Shown here piece after piece: positions 1 through 11,411 of a DNA stretch of 64,000 bases. The stretch comes from Porphyridium purpureum (lineage: Eukaryota). Positions within the stretch are counted from its first letter, which is position 1, and each line of letters begins with the position of its first letter. The notes under the pieces are model-generated. The model was not told the DNA's origin and did no database searches. It saw only the letters and a program-made list of their open reading frames with translations. The position numbers were made by a program, and so were the translations under genes. The stretch is taken from NCBI GenBank assembly GCA_008690995.1, contig VRMN01000004.1:620001-684000 (forward strand), read 5' to 3'.

Positions 1-1407
1 GCACGTGGACGTATTCGCGCGTCTTGAGTAGCGCCGTGCGCATCCAGCCCACTGGTGTTACACAAGCCCACGCGTCAGAAATCCGCGCGCGCCATCCAGG
101 CTCGCCCATCGCTTGCCCCGCACTTTCGCTCATACATCCACACGCCTTGCCGTGTGCACATGCATGCGCTTTCTGTCACTTCAGAGACTGGAACATGAAC
201 GAGTGCTCGCAAGCGCGTGGGCGTCGGTGGATCGCGAGGCGCCGGCCTTTGAAATGATGAAGAGTGGGTTCGACGAGGGCCTCCTGGAAGAACGGCTGGC
301 GGAGGCAATGGTGCAGCTGATTGAGGATAGTGCGAACCCGGCATTTGGTAGGTGAATGTTGAATTTGACATGAGAAGTACCCCACGTGCGTGCCCGTTCC
401 ATGCTCACGTAGATGACTCGCCCGTCGAAGGGCGATCGCGTTTACGATAAGCATGCTGCATGGCTCGCGAGGACTATTGACGCTGATCGAAACTGGTGCA
501 TGCTTCGCTTTGATTGTTGCTGCTTTTGATTCCAAACGCGTGCAGTGAGCAAAGTTTGTCATCTTGCGGGAACGAACGATCCCCGTGAGCTGCGCGCACG
601 TATTCTAGCAGTTTTGAGGTCGCATCACCTGGAGGGGGCGACTCCTGCTCACGTGACGACGTGGTCTGGAATTCAAGACGCAACCGTTGCTGAAGTTGGA
701 CGGGGCGAGACGACTGGTCTATGTGACCATGCTAATATTGCAAACCATATGCAGAATGATGCGGGCCTCAAGCATAAACAAGATTCATTTTTGGCAGACG
801 CCGAAACAGAACGTGTAGCATGCACGTCAAATGGTAGAGAGCCAGCTATCTGTACTAGCGTGATTCCGGACACAAGCGTGACTTCCGTGCTTGTCTTTAC
901 GGCAGAGCCTGTGGACTCGACTTTTGCTCACAAGCCGGTGTGATATTATCTACCACGAAGTTTGGCGCGCGTTTCCCTTCAGCTAAAACGTGTCCCTATC
1001 CTGAGAAAGCATCTAGGAAACTTGAAACCAATGCGCTACGTCTGCCGATAAGCGTTCGAGGCGTGTGGAGAGCTACGGAAGAGGCGGTTTTTGTGTGAAG
1101 ATGATATGGTCTCGATTCATAAGAACTGACGTCAAAGAAGTAAAAGGACGATTGAATATTTGTACAACACAGGCAACAAAGCACTCATGATTAGATCTGA
1201 CTTGGATGGAACAAGACACTCTCGACTTTGAACGCAACACAACAAGACGAACAGCGGGAGGAGGAATGAGACACACATAGCAAGGAATGGTCATACTGCA
1301 GGAACCGGAAAAATCAAAAGCTTGGGCACGTGTGGAGCCAGGTCTGCCAGCAACACCCTCCAATGGTGAACATGCTACTAGAAACGCAAAGCATGCACAA
1401 CATAGGC

Positions 1408-2190
1408 TCACTTGCCATGCTTTGGCATGACCTGACAAGCGCCGAGTAATTCCTCAAGATCTTTCGCTTGTTCATTGAGGACCTTGAGTTTTTTCTCGTA
1501 GCTCTGCTTGAGCCTAGCTTTTTCAGCAGGATCCATTTTGCCTATCTTCTTGAGCTGCTTCTCCTTCTTTGCGGGTCCGCCGACACCGGGAATAAGCGCC
1601 ATCAGTTTGTGACTAAATGTTTCGTGCTCCTTCTCTTCCTCTTCTCCTTTCTTCTCGGCACTAACACCCGTCGTGGCCGCTGCCGCCGCCGCAGCAGCAG
1701 GCTTTTCCGGTGTTTGAGCCGGTGTATCCGCCGGAGTCACCATCTCCACAGGAGAGCCCTTCTCTGCTTCGTCGCCAAATTTAACCCCTTCATCCATATC
1801 TACTGGCGCCTGGTGTATTCCCGGTTTCTGTTCTTCGACGGACTCCTGCTCTTCGGCCGACTCTTCGACGGGGTCGTGCTCCTCGCTCCCCTGTTCGGCG
1901 TGTTCCTCCTCCTCGGACGGCTGCTCTGGCTCCTGCACGTCTGGCACAGGTTCGGTCTCTTCCTCTACGCAAACCCTCGGCTCAGGTCCTTCCTCGAGCC
2001 CGACGCGCTCCTCAGCCTCCGGCTTGTCAGCGCGCAGCTCTGCCTGCTCTTCCACCCCCACTTGCGCTTCCTCGACGCTGCCCAGCTCCGCGTCGCTCTT
2101 ATTCTCCACGGTGGACAAACTCTGCTGCACCGGCTGCTCCTGCGCTAGCTCTGGTTCCTGCGGCTGCTGCACGCCCGCGCTGCCCTCCAT
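1408..2190 (-). CDS. Hypothetical Glu-rich low-complexity protein with a C-terminal coiled-coil-like segment
   Basis: 260-aa ATG-started ORF. The composition is strongly biased (E/Q/P/A) and the tail is basic and helical (EKARLKQSYEKKLKVLNEQAKDLEELL). No family motif recognised. Confidence 0.6.
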   Translation of the reverse strand: MEGSAGVQQPQEPELAQEQPVQQSLSTVENKSDAELGSVEEAQVGVEEQAELRADKPEAEERVGLEEGPEPRVCVEEETEPVPDVQEPEQPSEEEEHAEQGSEEHDPVEESAEEQESVEEQKPGIHQAPVDMDEGVKFGDEAEKGSPVEMVTPADTPAQTPEKPAAAAAAAATTGVSAEKKGEEEEKEHETFSHKLMALIPGVGGPAKKEKQLKKIGKMDPAEKARLKQSYEKKLKVLNEQAKDLEELLGACQVMPKHGK

Positions 2191-2772
2191 ACTTCCCTAC
2201 ACGCTCCGCGCCCGCTGCTCCACTTGCCCTCAGCCTTCTCTCCACGCGACGAACACAACACCCCCACACACGCTCACATGTGCCCCATGCCGCAGGGCCA
2301 CGCTTTCCCATGCCATTCCAAAGTGTCGCTGGTCCAGCGCATGCACGTGCGTTTCGTGCGACTCGCGTGTCACATCACGTCTTCGCCCTCCGTGCCTCCA
2401 GCGCCCAACGCGCGCATCACGCATCTCCTCCCGTCCTCCTTCCCCCTTCTTCAACACGCCCCTGCAACACGCGTCCGCACTCGCCAACTCGAAACGCACC
2501 AACCCGCCACCGCTCCAAACCACTTCACACACTGTACCTCGCGTGCAGCAGGAGGTACAGTGGATCCACTAGGTACAGCTAACTTCTCACTGTACTTTCT
2601 GCTGCGCGCGTTTCAAATGATGACATTGGCATGCGGTTTGTGGAAAGATGACACCGTCATGCTGTTTCTAGAAAGATGACATTGTCATCGCACTTTGTGC
2701 GGGCTGTTGGTGGTGGGTTGTGGGGGAGAGAGAGTGAGAGAGAGGGAGAAGGATTGTGTGAGGCAGTGTGAG

Positions 2773-4542
2773 ATGAAGATGGAGGAGAGTGAGCCGATCC
2801 GCCGTGAGTTGCGGCATGCCGTGCGAGCTTTGAGTGCACGAGGACTGGCAGCAAGCGCGAGGTTCTGCGCAGAGCTGCTGGCTTCGTTGCGATCCGAGAC
2901 GCGCGCGGCAGTCTCGGCATCTGCTGTAGCCACAGCGACGTCGTCGATGTCGTCATGCGTGTGCGGCGATGAACAGAGCCTGAGTGAGCTGGAGCAGGAC
3001 GTGTACTTGGTGGCAAAGGCGTACCTCGATTGTCGCGAGTATGAGCAGTGCGTGCACGCCATTTCAGACGAGGATGATCGCACGCACGACCTCCTGTTCT
3101 TCATGCGGTATTACGCGCTGTACTTGCTCGGCGAGAAGCGCCGCGCGGACGAAATGCAACCTCAATTTAATGAATTTGTCTCTTCTCCTCTCAGAGATGA
3201 CACGTATCGCAATCGCATGGTGCCCGAAATCCTCGCATCGATGCAGGCGCGGCGCAGCGCACGAGATCTCGACCCGTTCGCAAACTACTTACTGGGCGTG
3301 GTTCTCAAGCGCGAACGGCGCTGGGCAGAGTCGCGCAAGGCGCTTCTGCGGAGTCTTTCTGGCTTCCCGCTCAATTGGAGTGCGTGGCTCGAGCTTTCCG
3401 TCGTATCTGCAGAGATGGCGACTTCCGGCCGAGCTGGTGCCGCGCACAACGTCAGGGCAAGCCTGGATGCTATCTTGGACCCGATAAGTGTGGCGGCCAA
3501 GTCGTGGCAGAGTACTTCTAGAAGACGCTGCTGGGAACTTATGCGAGAGCTCGGCGAGGCGCGCACATATGCTCAGAACGCGCTTCACGAGGACGCTCTT
3601 GCCAAGTACGAGGCGCTGTCGGACGCACTTCCATCTTCAGCCTACGTGGCCACTTGTCTTGCGGTGGTGTATTATGAGATGCGAGACTTTGACCAAGCGG
3701 AGAGCCGCTTTCGCGACGTCTTTCATGCCGAACCGTACCGTCTAGAAGCAGCAGATATGTACAGCAATGTCTTATTTGTCAAGGAGGATGGCGCTGAGCT
3801 CAGCATGTTGGCGCAGCGCTGCTTGCGCCTCGATAAATATCGTCCAGAGACATGCTGCGTCATCGGCAATTATTACGCGCTTCGGCAGCAGCATGAAAGC
3901 GCGATCGCGTGCTTTGAGCGTGCGCTCAAGCTCAATCCCATGTATTCGCACGCCTGGACACTCATTGGCCATGAGTACGTGGAGCTCAAGAACACAGCCG
4001 CCGCAATTGAAGCGTATCGCCGAGCGGTTGATCTGAACCCAACCGATTTTCGTGCCTGGTACTCGCTTGGCCAGGCGTACGAGCTGTTGAGCATGCCTTT
4101 GTTTGCCTTGTTCTACTTCAAAAAGGGCGCCACGCTTTGTCCGCGCGATCCTCGCATGTGGTGTGCAGTGGGACACGTGTATGAAGAACTAGACCGCTCG
4201 CAGGACGCGATCCGATGCTACACGCGTGCCATGGACTGCAGCGAAGAGGGCGGCGACGCCGTGCATCGTCTTGCGCGATTATATCATGCACAGAACAGGA
4301 TGGAACTCGCAGCGCACTACTATGCGCTGGAGTTTGGGCGCCTAGAAGAGGACGGCGATGAAGGACCCGAAATGGCGGAAGCTCTCCTCTTTCTCGCGGA
4401 GTACGAATGCAACCTGGCAGAAGACGCCGACTTGGCTGAGAGGTATTGCTTTCGTGTGCTTGACCTTCCGGCCGGACCTGCAGAAAAAAATCGCGCCAAG
4501 CAGTTACTGCGTATAATTCAGGCACGAAACGCCAACGTTTAG
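2773..4542 (+). CDS. CDC23: Anaphase-promoting complex subunit 8 (TPR protein)
   Basis: APC8-like N-terminus (RELRHAVRALSARGL..SARF..ELL). Conserved blocks DKYRPETCCVIGNYY, AWTLIGHEYVELKNT, DFRAWYSLGQAYE. Start taken at ATG 2773. Confidence 0.93.
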   Translation: MKMEESEPIRRELRHAVRALSARGLAASARFCAELLASLRSETRAAVSASAVATATSSMSSCVCGDEQSLSELEQDVYLVAKAYLDCREYEQCVHAISDEDDRTHDLLFFMRYYALYLLGEKRRADEMQPQFNEFVSSPLRDDTYRNRMVPEILASMQARRSARDLDPFANYLLGVVLKRERRWAESRKALLRSLSGFPLNWSAWLELSVVSAEMATSGRAGAAHNVRASLDAILDPISVAAKSWQSTSRRRCWELMRELGEARTYAQNALHEDALAKYEALSDALPSSAYVATCLAVVYYEMRDFDQAESRFRDVFHAEPYRLEAADMYSNVLFVKEDGAELSMLAQRCLRLDKYRPETCCVIGNYYALRQQHESAIACFERALKLNPMYSHAWTLIGHEYVELKNTAAAIEAYRRAVDLNPTDFRAWYSLGQAYELLSMPLFALFYFKKGATLCPRDPRMWCAVGHVYEELDRSQDAIRCYTRAMDCSEEGGDAVHRLARLYHAQNRMELAAHYYALEFGRLEEDGDEGPEMAEALLFLAEYECNLAEDADLAERYCFRVLDLPAGPAEKNRAKQLLRIIQARNANV

Positions 4543-4841
4543 CTCGTCATTTAGATAAGGGCTGATGTACAAGAGCTAATAATAATGCACATACTTCAGT
4601 TTTCACATGCAGTGCGATCACTCTCGTAGCGCATCGATTCCATGTGATATTTCTCAATCCGTGTGCCGGCTGGTAGATTCACTCACGACACTGCAGGGAA
4701 TTTTTGAAAAAGCTTAAATAGAGAGCAAGCGCAGATGTGGATCATTGCCGGATCTTTCGATCAATGCCTAGTTCATCTCAGCCAGAAATCGTCGATACTC
4801 AGCCGGGTGGTTAAGCATCTTTGAAGCTTCATCACCACCTC

Positions 4842-5324
4842 CTAGGAGTGGCAGTCGATGAGGAATTTTGCACGCAACTCCCCGAGTTCCTGCAATGCAC
4901 CAAGAGCTGCATTTTCGACGCTCGATTCGAAGATGATTGCGCTTAAGAGGTATCGCTTAACCGCTTTGCCCAGCTTTGCCGCCATCCAGATGCTGCAGTA
5001 AGCAAACGGATACGGTGACACGTCTGCTTCGGGGTCCATCAAGGCGCGCTGCGTAAGTGAAGTGCCGAGCTCGGTGAAGTAGCGAAGCTCAAGCAAACCA
5101 AGCAGCCCTGCGCCATGGGAAGTGGTGGCTGGGTGCTTCCCATGGAAGCCTATGCGACTCCAAGCCAAGCTCAGCCAACCATTGTACCACTCCTGGCCGT
5201 GCACGAGCAAGCTCCACACCTGCCCAACGCTGTGCTCGAGCCCTGCGTGAACAGATTCAAATGGATGCTTTGCCAACCTCTGAAGGTGACGGGTAGTATG
5301 AGCAAGCTTTTGTACCATTGTCAA
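4842..5324 (-). other. Short ORF or possible gene relic of unknown function
   Basis: 160-codon ORF with protein-like composition but no recognisable motif. Confidence 0.2.
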
Positions 5325-5609
5325 TGAAAGAGTCGCAGCTTTTCAGAAAATGGCGCCAGCGAGACCAGACGCGTGGGTGCTTTTGCCCAATGAGGATACC
5401 CATCGTCACGCTGCTCTATTTCCTTTTCTTCCTTCGAAAGCCCGGCCCAAAGCCTCAATGAATGCGAAGCTTCCTCGCATTACCGTGCCTAAGCAGGTAT
5501 TTTTCGCAACTTGCGTGGTGACCCATGCTTTCAAACCGCGATGCACCTTTCAGGACAGGAATAGAGCCACATTTACATACTTTTTCCGAACTGTGCCCCA
5601 TTCAGTAAA

Positions 5610-6581
5610 TCAAGCGCCGTGCCGGAAAACCCACATGGCGCCGGGAAGCAGCTGGTAATGATCAAATATTCGACGATCTTCCATGTGGGCTACTAGCGCG
5701 TGCGACTCAACACCCGCTTCAGTCGCCTCGCGGTACGGAATGACCACAGATTGGATTAGTTCGAGCAAGTCGGGCTCGAATGTATAATCCCTGCCCGGTA
5801 AATGGGTACGAACTTCAAGGACGCAAAATTCGTGAACGTTCAGGAAACATGTACTTTCGTCAACTCCGTAAGCCGCGTGGGATCTTGGCGAGGTATTTCG
5901 ATGAACCAGCACCGGGCGGACGGAAAGCAGCGCCACGTCAGAGTCGCACTTGATGATACCGTGCTCGCGACACTGCAGAAGGAGATCGCGGTGCAAAAGA
6001 CAGATTTGTCGACATGATACGTTCTGAACCACAACTCTCATGCAAATACCCATGCGCTGCAGACGACAATCTTCACTAGGATGCACAGTGAGCCACATTG
6101 CAACGCTACGTGAAAAGCTTTTTCCAAAGACGGCATGTCTCTGCCCGCTGAGCGGCGAGCTTGGCATACGTATGGAGGCGTGCCAGCTCGAATAAATGGT
6201 CTTCCAATCCCTGACCTGGTGATTCAACGTATCTGCATTCAGGTTGACAGGCACGTGCTTGCCATCGCTCTCTTTCAAACGAGCAACTACAGTTCCGTGC
6301 TTTCCGGCAGCGCTGTTTCTCTCGCGCCAGAACGCACGCTCTCGCTCTCGCTGACTCCTTGGCAACACATTCCAGCGCTCAATGACGAGCTGTCGCCATA
6401 GGAGCGGATCGCCATCCGTTATTGCCTTTATCGAGCGCGACACGAGCATCAGCTGCACGAGATCGACGCCTCGCAGTTGCACAAAGATTCTCCATCGCAC
6501 GTCGTCCGGTAATAGGTCAAACAGATGCTCTCCACTACCACGCTTCGCCGCCATTCTTCCTGCGACTTTGGTCTCCTTCAT
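5610..6581 (-). CDS. F-box domain protein
   Basis: N-terminal F-box motif LLPDDVRWRIFVQL....LVQLMLVSRS......D..LWRQL. Confidence 0.8.
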   Translation of the reverse strand: MKETKVAGRMAAKRGSGEHLFDLLPDDVRWRIFVQLRGVDLVQLMLVSRSIKAITDGDPLLWRQLVIERWNVLPRSQRERERAFWRERNSAAGKHGTVVARLKESDGKHVPVNLNADTLNHQVRDWKTIYSSWHASIRMPSSPLSGQRHAVFGKSFSRSVAMWLTVHPSEDCRLQRMGICMRVVVQNVSCRQICLLHRDLLLQCREHGIIKCDSDVALLSVRPVLVHRNTSPRSHAAYGVDESTCFLNVHEFCVLEVRTHLPGRDYTFEPDLLELIQSVVIPYREATEAGVESHALVAHMEDRRIFDHYQLLPGAMWVFRHGA

Positions 6582-6652
6582 CTTCCACCTGCCGCTTCTT
6601 GCAGACGATCACCTTCATCGAGCACGAGCAAGCGAAAGAACGGGAACAAGAC

Positions 6653-8293
6653 ATGCCGCTCCTGGCGTTTGGACTAGCAACTGGGGCATTGAAAGGTGTG
6701 TCTGCAGGCAGGCGCCCAACGATCTGCGAGCCGAGGATCAAGCGTGGACTGCACGTTGCCCCGCATTCCGACAAGAGAGGCGTGACTGGAGGACGCAAAG
6801 GCGCCGTGAGGTGTATAGTACAAACCAGCGCTGCGACGATCATGAGTCAAGATCCGTCCAAGGGGCTCGCGCAGCCGCTTGCTGAAGAGTTTTGTGCGTT
6901 TGTAAACCGCGCGGTTTCGCCGTACCACGCAGTGCATCTACTGCAGAATCAGCTGGACGCGGGCGGCTTTGTGCGGCTGAGCGAGAAGCGGGCGTGGAGC
7001 AAGGACTTGAAACCTGGAGGCAAGTACTATTTTGTGCGCAACGGATCAACTCTTTGTGCTTTCACAGTAGGCGGCAAGTGGGACCCGAGCAACGATTCGT
7101 CTGGTGTAGCCGTCTTTGGCGCCCACACAGATTCACCCTGTTTCAAAGTCAAGCCCAACAGCGATATCCAGAGCCATGGGTATGTCTCGCTGGGGGTCGA
7201 GTGCTACGGAGGTGGCCTGTGGTACACATGGTTTGACCGCGACCTTACGCTTGCAGGGCGGGTCTTGCTTTCAGACGGCAAGTTTCACTTGGTTCACATT
7301 AATCGCCCGGTGCTCAGGATTCCGTCACTTGCCATTCACCTGAACCGTGAAGTGAATACCGCTGGATTCCAGGTAAACAAGGAGAAGCACACGGTGCCGA
7401 TCCTCGCCATGGTAAAGAAGGAGCTCGAAACAGCGCCAACGGACGAAAAGAAGGAAAAGCAAGAGCAAGTTACAGGGATTAAAAGCCGCGCGAGTCCTCT
7501 GTTTCTGCAGCTGATCTGCTCCGAGCTGGGAGTTGAGCTCGACGAGATTCGAGACTTTGAGTTTGTGCTGTCCGATACGCAGCCCGCGAGCACTGGCGGC
7601 GCATCAAACGATTTCATTTTTTCTCCGCGGCTAGATAATCTGGCATCGACCTTCGCGTCGTTCAAAGCGTTCATGGAGCCAGATCACCTGAGCGGACTCG
7701 CCGAAAGCGAGGATGTGCACATGGTCACGTACTTTGACCACGAAGAGGTAGGGTCGGACTCGGCGCACGGCGCGGGATCCCCGCTGGTCTCTGAGGTCAT
7801 GCGCCGCATCTGCAGAGACCTAGACAACGACGCGTACGCAGCCGTTCTGCATCGCAGCTTTTTTGTGTCTGCCGACATGGCTCATGCCATCCACCCGAAT
7901 TACGCAGACAAGCACGAGCCTCGCAACAGGCCAGAGATTGGTAAAGGGTTGGTGATCAAGACAAACCAGAACCAGCGCTACGCGACAACTGCATATTCCG
8001 GATATGTCATGCGAGAGTGCGGACGCCGAGCTGCAGCGCGCTGCGAGATCGGATTTGTGCCGATTCAGGAATTTGTGGTCCCCAACGATGTCGGCTGCGG
8101 CAGCACGATTGGACCGATCATTGCGGCTAACTGTGGTATCCGCACAGTCGACGTCGGGCAGCCACAATTGGCTATGCACTCAATTCGAGAAATGTGCGGA
8201 GTCTGCGACTTGTGGCTCTGCAAGGAAGTTTACAAGCAGTTCTTTCTGTCGTATGCGGACCTGAAGGAGCTTGACGACGACGTGCAGGTCTGA
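6653..8293 (+). CDS. DNPEP: Aspartyl aminopeptidase (M18 family) with a plastid-type transit peptide
   Basis: Motifs GAHTDSP, YGGGLWYTWFDRDL, RLDNL, DHEEVGS, SADMAHAIHPNY, CGSTIGP, QLAMHSIRE. Start at ATG 6653 (MPLLAF...); a second ATG follows the leader. Confidence 0.93.
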   Translation: MPLLAFGLATGALKGVSAGRRPTICEPRIKRGLHVAPHSDKRGVTGGRKGAVRCIVQTSAATIMSQDPSKGLAQPLAEEFCAFVNRAVSPYHAVHLLQNQLDAGGFVRLSEKRAWSKDLKPGGKYYFVRNGSTLCAFTVGGKWDPSNDSSGVAVFGAHTDSPCFKVKPNSDIQSHGYVSLGVECYGGGLWYTWFDRDLTLAGRVLLSDGKFHLVHINRPVLRIPSLAIHLNREVNTAGFQVNKEKHTVPILAMVKKELETAPTDEKKEKQEQVTGIKSRASPLFLQLICSELGVELDEIRDFEFVLSDTQPASTGGASNDFIFSPRLDNLASTFASFKAFMEPDHLSGLAESEDVHMVTYFDHEEVGSDSAHGAGSPLVSEVMRRICRDLDNDAYAAVLHRSFFVSADMAHAIHPNYADKHEPRNRPEIGKGLVIKTNQNQRYATTAYSGYVMRECGRRAAARCEIGFVPIQEFVVPNDVGCGSTIGPIIAANCGIRTVDVGQPQLAMHSIREMCGVCDLWLCKEVYKQFFLSYADLKELDDDVQV

Positions 8294-8703
8294 ATGTTGT
8301 CGGACTTGGAACATGAAAAAGCGTGACGTCGAGCCATGTAAGGAGTAGCCACTTGCACGAAGTTCTGGAACTGGAATGGAGATGGGTTTAGGGGTTGGAG
8401 TCGATGAGAGACGTCTGCATTCAGGCAGAGACTGAGAGAGAAAGAGAAGAAGAAGTAGTAGAAGTTTGTGCGAGAAGAGTACATGCAAGCACAGCTAAAA
8501 TAAACCCACGCAGTACTTTGCGCTGAATCCTTCCTCTTCTCGGCAACGTACTGCGCGAAATCAAGGCCAACAAACCTTTAATTCTTGAGAATTCACTTTA
8601 ATGTGGCTCCACAGGTACCAGACCCGTTGTCGGCCATACCGCCGGCGCTTACGGCCTTCATCGAGAGGATCCGAGCGCGCTTTCCGCACGGAAATGTCAC
8701 GCG

Positions 8704-9432
8704 ATGGCGGTGTGTTTGCGGGTTTTGATGTTGCATGGCTTTCGCCAGAATGCGGCGGTGTTTCGACGACGCACGGGCGCTTTTCGCAAAGCGGTCGCAA
8801 AGCAATTGAAGGAAAAAGACATGTCGATTGAGTTTGTGTTCCTGGACGCACCGCTGGTGGTGACGAGCGACCACGAGGCCGTGGCGGAGGAATCCAAGCA
8901 AAGAAGCTGGTGGGACGCAAACGCTCTGTCGGTTGACAGCGACAGCAGTAATGGTGACGAAACCCAGGCGTTTCGTTATGCACACTGGGAGGAGACCGTC
9001 AAGTACATCAAAGTCTTTTGCTCCTCGCAAAGCGCGGCGTTCGACGGCGTCGTCGGGTTCTCGCAGGGCGCGTGCGTGACCGCTTTGCTTTCAGCCTTGG
9101 CGGCACAGCGATCCGAAGGGGAGCTTCAGTGGCTCAAGTTCGGTATTCTGATTTCGGCGTTTCCGCCTCGAGATCCTGTGCTGCGCATGGCATTATATGA
9201 CCAAGCCCAGCCCATTCCAATACCGTGCCTGCATATTTGGGGTGAGCAGGATGAAATCATTCGGCCGTCGTACTCAAGACTCGTTATGGGAGCCTTTGAG
9301 CCACAAATGCAAGCCTCCTATACACATCCAGGCGGCCACGTCGTGCCAAGTTCAAAAGAGGTCGGCGCTGCGGTCGAAGAATTTTTGTCTGCTATCCGAT
9401 TTCGTTCAAGAAATGATCCGGCTCGAATGTAG
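8704..9432 (+). CDS. FSH1/OVCA2-family serine hydrolase
   Basis: Motifs LRVLMLHGFRQN, FDGVVGFSQGA, PCLHIWGEQD, HPGGHVVP. Confidence 0.9.
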   Translation: MAVCLRVLMLHGFRQNAAVFRRRTGAFRKAVAKQLKEKDMSIEFVFLDAPLVVTSDHEAVAEESKQRSWWDANALSVDSDSSNGDETQAFRYAHWEETVKYIKVFCSSQSAAFDGVVGFSQGACVTALLSALAAQRSEGELQWLKFGILISAFPPRDPVLRMALYDQAQPIPIPCLHIWGEQDEIIRPSYSRLVMGAFEPQMQASYTHPGGHVVPSSKEVGAAVEEFLSAIRFRSRNDPARM

Positions 9433-9667
9433 TGGAATCTCGTTTGCTATGTCGCTTACGCGCTACGCATTTATTCACGATGTCGAGCTTGATCCTGAGC
9501 ACTAGGGTTTGACTGCGTCATGTCTTTCTTTTGTTCATGCTCGATAGCAGATCACGTGCTTTGACAGGCGAAGAAAAAGAAAAGATGAGAAAAAACTGGC
9601 TTCTGAGCCGAATACCAAAAAATGGCGACGCTGCGTTTGACGCGCGCACATGCCGTCATTGTCGGAC

Positions 9668-11323
9668 TTAATCATCACCGCTCTTGGCGCCTTTCGCCAA
9701 ATTGCATTCCGCGTGAACCAACTGAGCGTTCTCGGCGTTCGTTGGCCCACCCTTGCTATGTGGTATAATGTGGTCGATATGCACATAGCCGGGCTCATTG
9801 AAGCGCGCCTCGTCCATGAATTGCTTGCATATTCCGCACAATCCGTTCTGGCTCTCAGAGAGCTTCCGAACGAATACCGGCCGGTTTGCGGAGGTGTCGG
9901 AGATGCTGGAAAAAGACCGGATGGGATCCAATGGCGGGGTAGAATTGGAAATCGCATCATTGACGATTCGCTTGAACTCATCGCGTCGAGCGATGAAGAA
10001 CGCAGTCCTCCTTTTTCCGTCGAGATCTCCTAAGGCCTCATTCTCGTAACTCTTCTGGATGCCCTGAATCATAGAACTCTTTGCCGCCGTGAACTGAGCC
10101 GATTTGTACAACCTAATGAGATCGATCATTGCAGCCACGCCCGCATCCCACAGCAAAAGATTGACAGAAGTCTCCCACTCATATTCTCCACCTCGGAGCT
10201 TCTTCCACCTCCTGAAGGCGTGTCGTCCAAACACGTTGCGCGAGATTTCCATCACTTTTTCAAAATCAGATCGCTTTCTGATCAGCTGGTCTGCCTTTTG
10301 CTTGTCGTTCTTTCCCTCCAGTTCTTCGTCCGTAAATCCTATGAGCTCTTCGTTCATCAGCTGATGCAGCCTCATGTCCCGTTTCTGAGTCCCGCTCTCC
10401 GTGAACGCAAGGGCACGAAGAATGAGCTGGCGATCTGCCTCCTTTCGACACGGCTTGTACGTTCGGTTTTCTACTGCTGTCGGGTCGCGAATCGCGTGAA
10501 AGTCCGTGCAAGTGTTTGCCACCTCATCAAGCATTCTGATGTATGGCCCATAGAAGAACGCGCGGCGCACCTGCTGCTCGTTCATTTTTTCTCCGCCGCT
10601 GTTGATGTCATTGTAAACATCAAACACTTCCTGCATCGGGGTACCGTACGGAATAATGGAGACGGTGATCTGGAAATTCTTGAACATGCGTCTTCGATCT
10701 TCACTCAAACCTAGGAAGGATATGCCGTTCAGGTTCTCGTAGTCATCGGAAAGCTTCTGAAGATACTCAAGCCGCGGCAGCACCGCATCGAATCTTTCGC
10801 GCCATTTGGGCGGCCGGCCGGGACCAATGTAGCGCTTCTGACCGTTCAACATGAACCCAAGCAAGGTGCACAGGCGCTGCTTACCATCCACACAGTCGTA
10901 TTTGCCCCTGGCTCTTTCGTGCAGCAACACTTGCGGAATCATCCGATTGCACAACGCCGTCACAATCAGGCGCGACGCCGTTTGCTCTTTCCACACATAG
11001 TCGCGTTGGTAGTCTGGAAAGAGATTCAGCTCATTTTCTTTCACTTTCTCCAAAAACATTCCCAGTTGCCAATTCTGAGCGCCTTGCCCTGAGCGCAGAC
11101 GATCCCCGCTGTCCAGTTTGACCAGTTCGCCCTCCCACAGATCTTCATCTGTCGCCACGCAACACATTGGGATTCCTCTGGCCCGCGATGACGCCCGCGA
11201 GGTCGGCGTCATCTGTTTCAGCGGGACACATTTCTGAACCCCATCTCGCCTCACGACCTGCACATGAGTGTTGGCCACAGCCCACCCGCACGCTGAATCG
11301 AGGCTTGCGGTCTTGACCAGCAT
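9668..11323 (-). CDS. DUF262 (ParB/Srx-like NTPase) plus C-terminal HNH endonuclease, GmrSD-like, with an N-terminal extension
   Basis: DUF262 motifs PDYQRDYVW, VDGKQRL, YNDINSGG. HNH motif CGIC...HIDHIIPHSKGG.T...NAQLVHAECNLAKG. ATG at 11323. Confidence 0.85.
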   Translation of the reverse strand: MLVKTASLDSACGWAVANTHVQVVRRDGVQKCVPLKQMTPTSRASSRARGIPMCCVATDEDLWEGELVKLDSGDRLRSGQGAQNWQLGMFLEKVKENELNLFPDYQRDYVWKEQTASRLIVTALCNRMIPQVLLHERARGKYDCVDGKQRLCTLLGFMLNGQKRYIGPGRPPKWRERFDAVLPRLEYLQKLSDDYENLNGISFLGLSEDRRRMFKNFQITVSIIPYGTPMQEVFDVYNDINSGGEKMNEQQVRRAFFYGPYIRMLDEVANTCTDFHAIRDPTAVENRTYKPCRKEADRQLILRALAFTESGTQKRDMRLHQLMNEELIGFTDEELEGKNDKQKADQLIRKRSDFEKVMEISRNVFGRHAFRRWKKLRGGEYEWETSVNLLLWDAGVAAMIDLIRLYKSAQFTAAKSSMIQGIQKSYENEALGDLDGKRRTAFFIARRDEFKRIVNDAISNSTPPLDPIRSFSSISDTSANRPVFVRKLSESQNGLCGICKQFMDEARFNEPGYVHIDHIIPHSKGGPTNAENAQLVHAECNLAKGAKSGDD

Positions 11324-11338
11324 GTCAACGTCGTCGGT

Positions 11339-11369
<31 letters not shown>

Positions 11370-11411
11370 ACTCACACACTCACACACTCACACACACTCA
11401 CACACACACAC
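11339..11411. repeat. (CA)n microsatellite, interrupted
   Basis: CA run with occasional CT units, immediately upstream of the DUF262-HNH start codon. Confidence 0.95.

Noticed and set aside
1..1400. Short ORFs (113-355, 545-943) that might be exons of one gene
   Set aside because: No recognisable motif and no confidently assignable splice sites.
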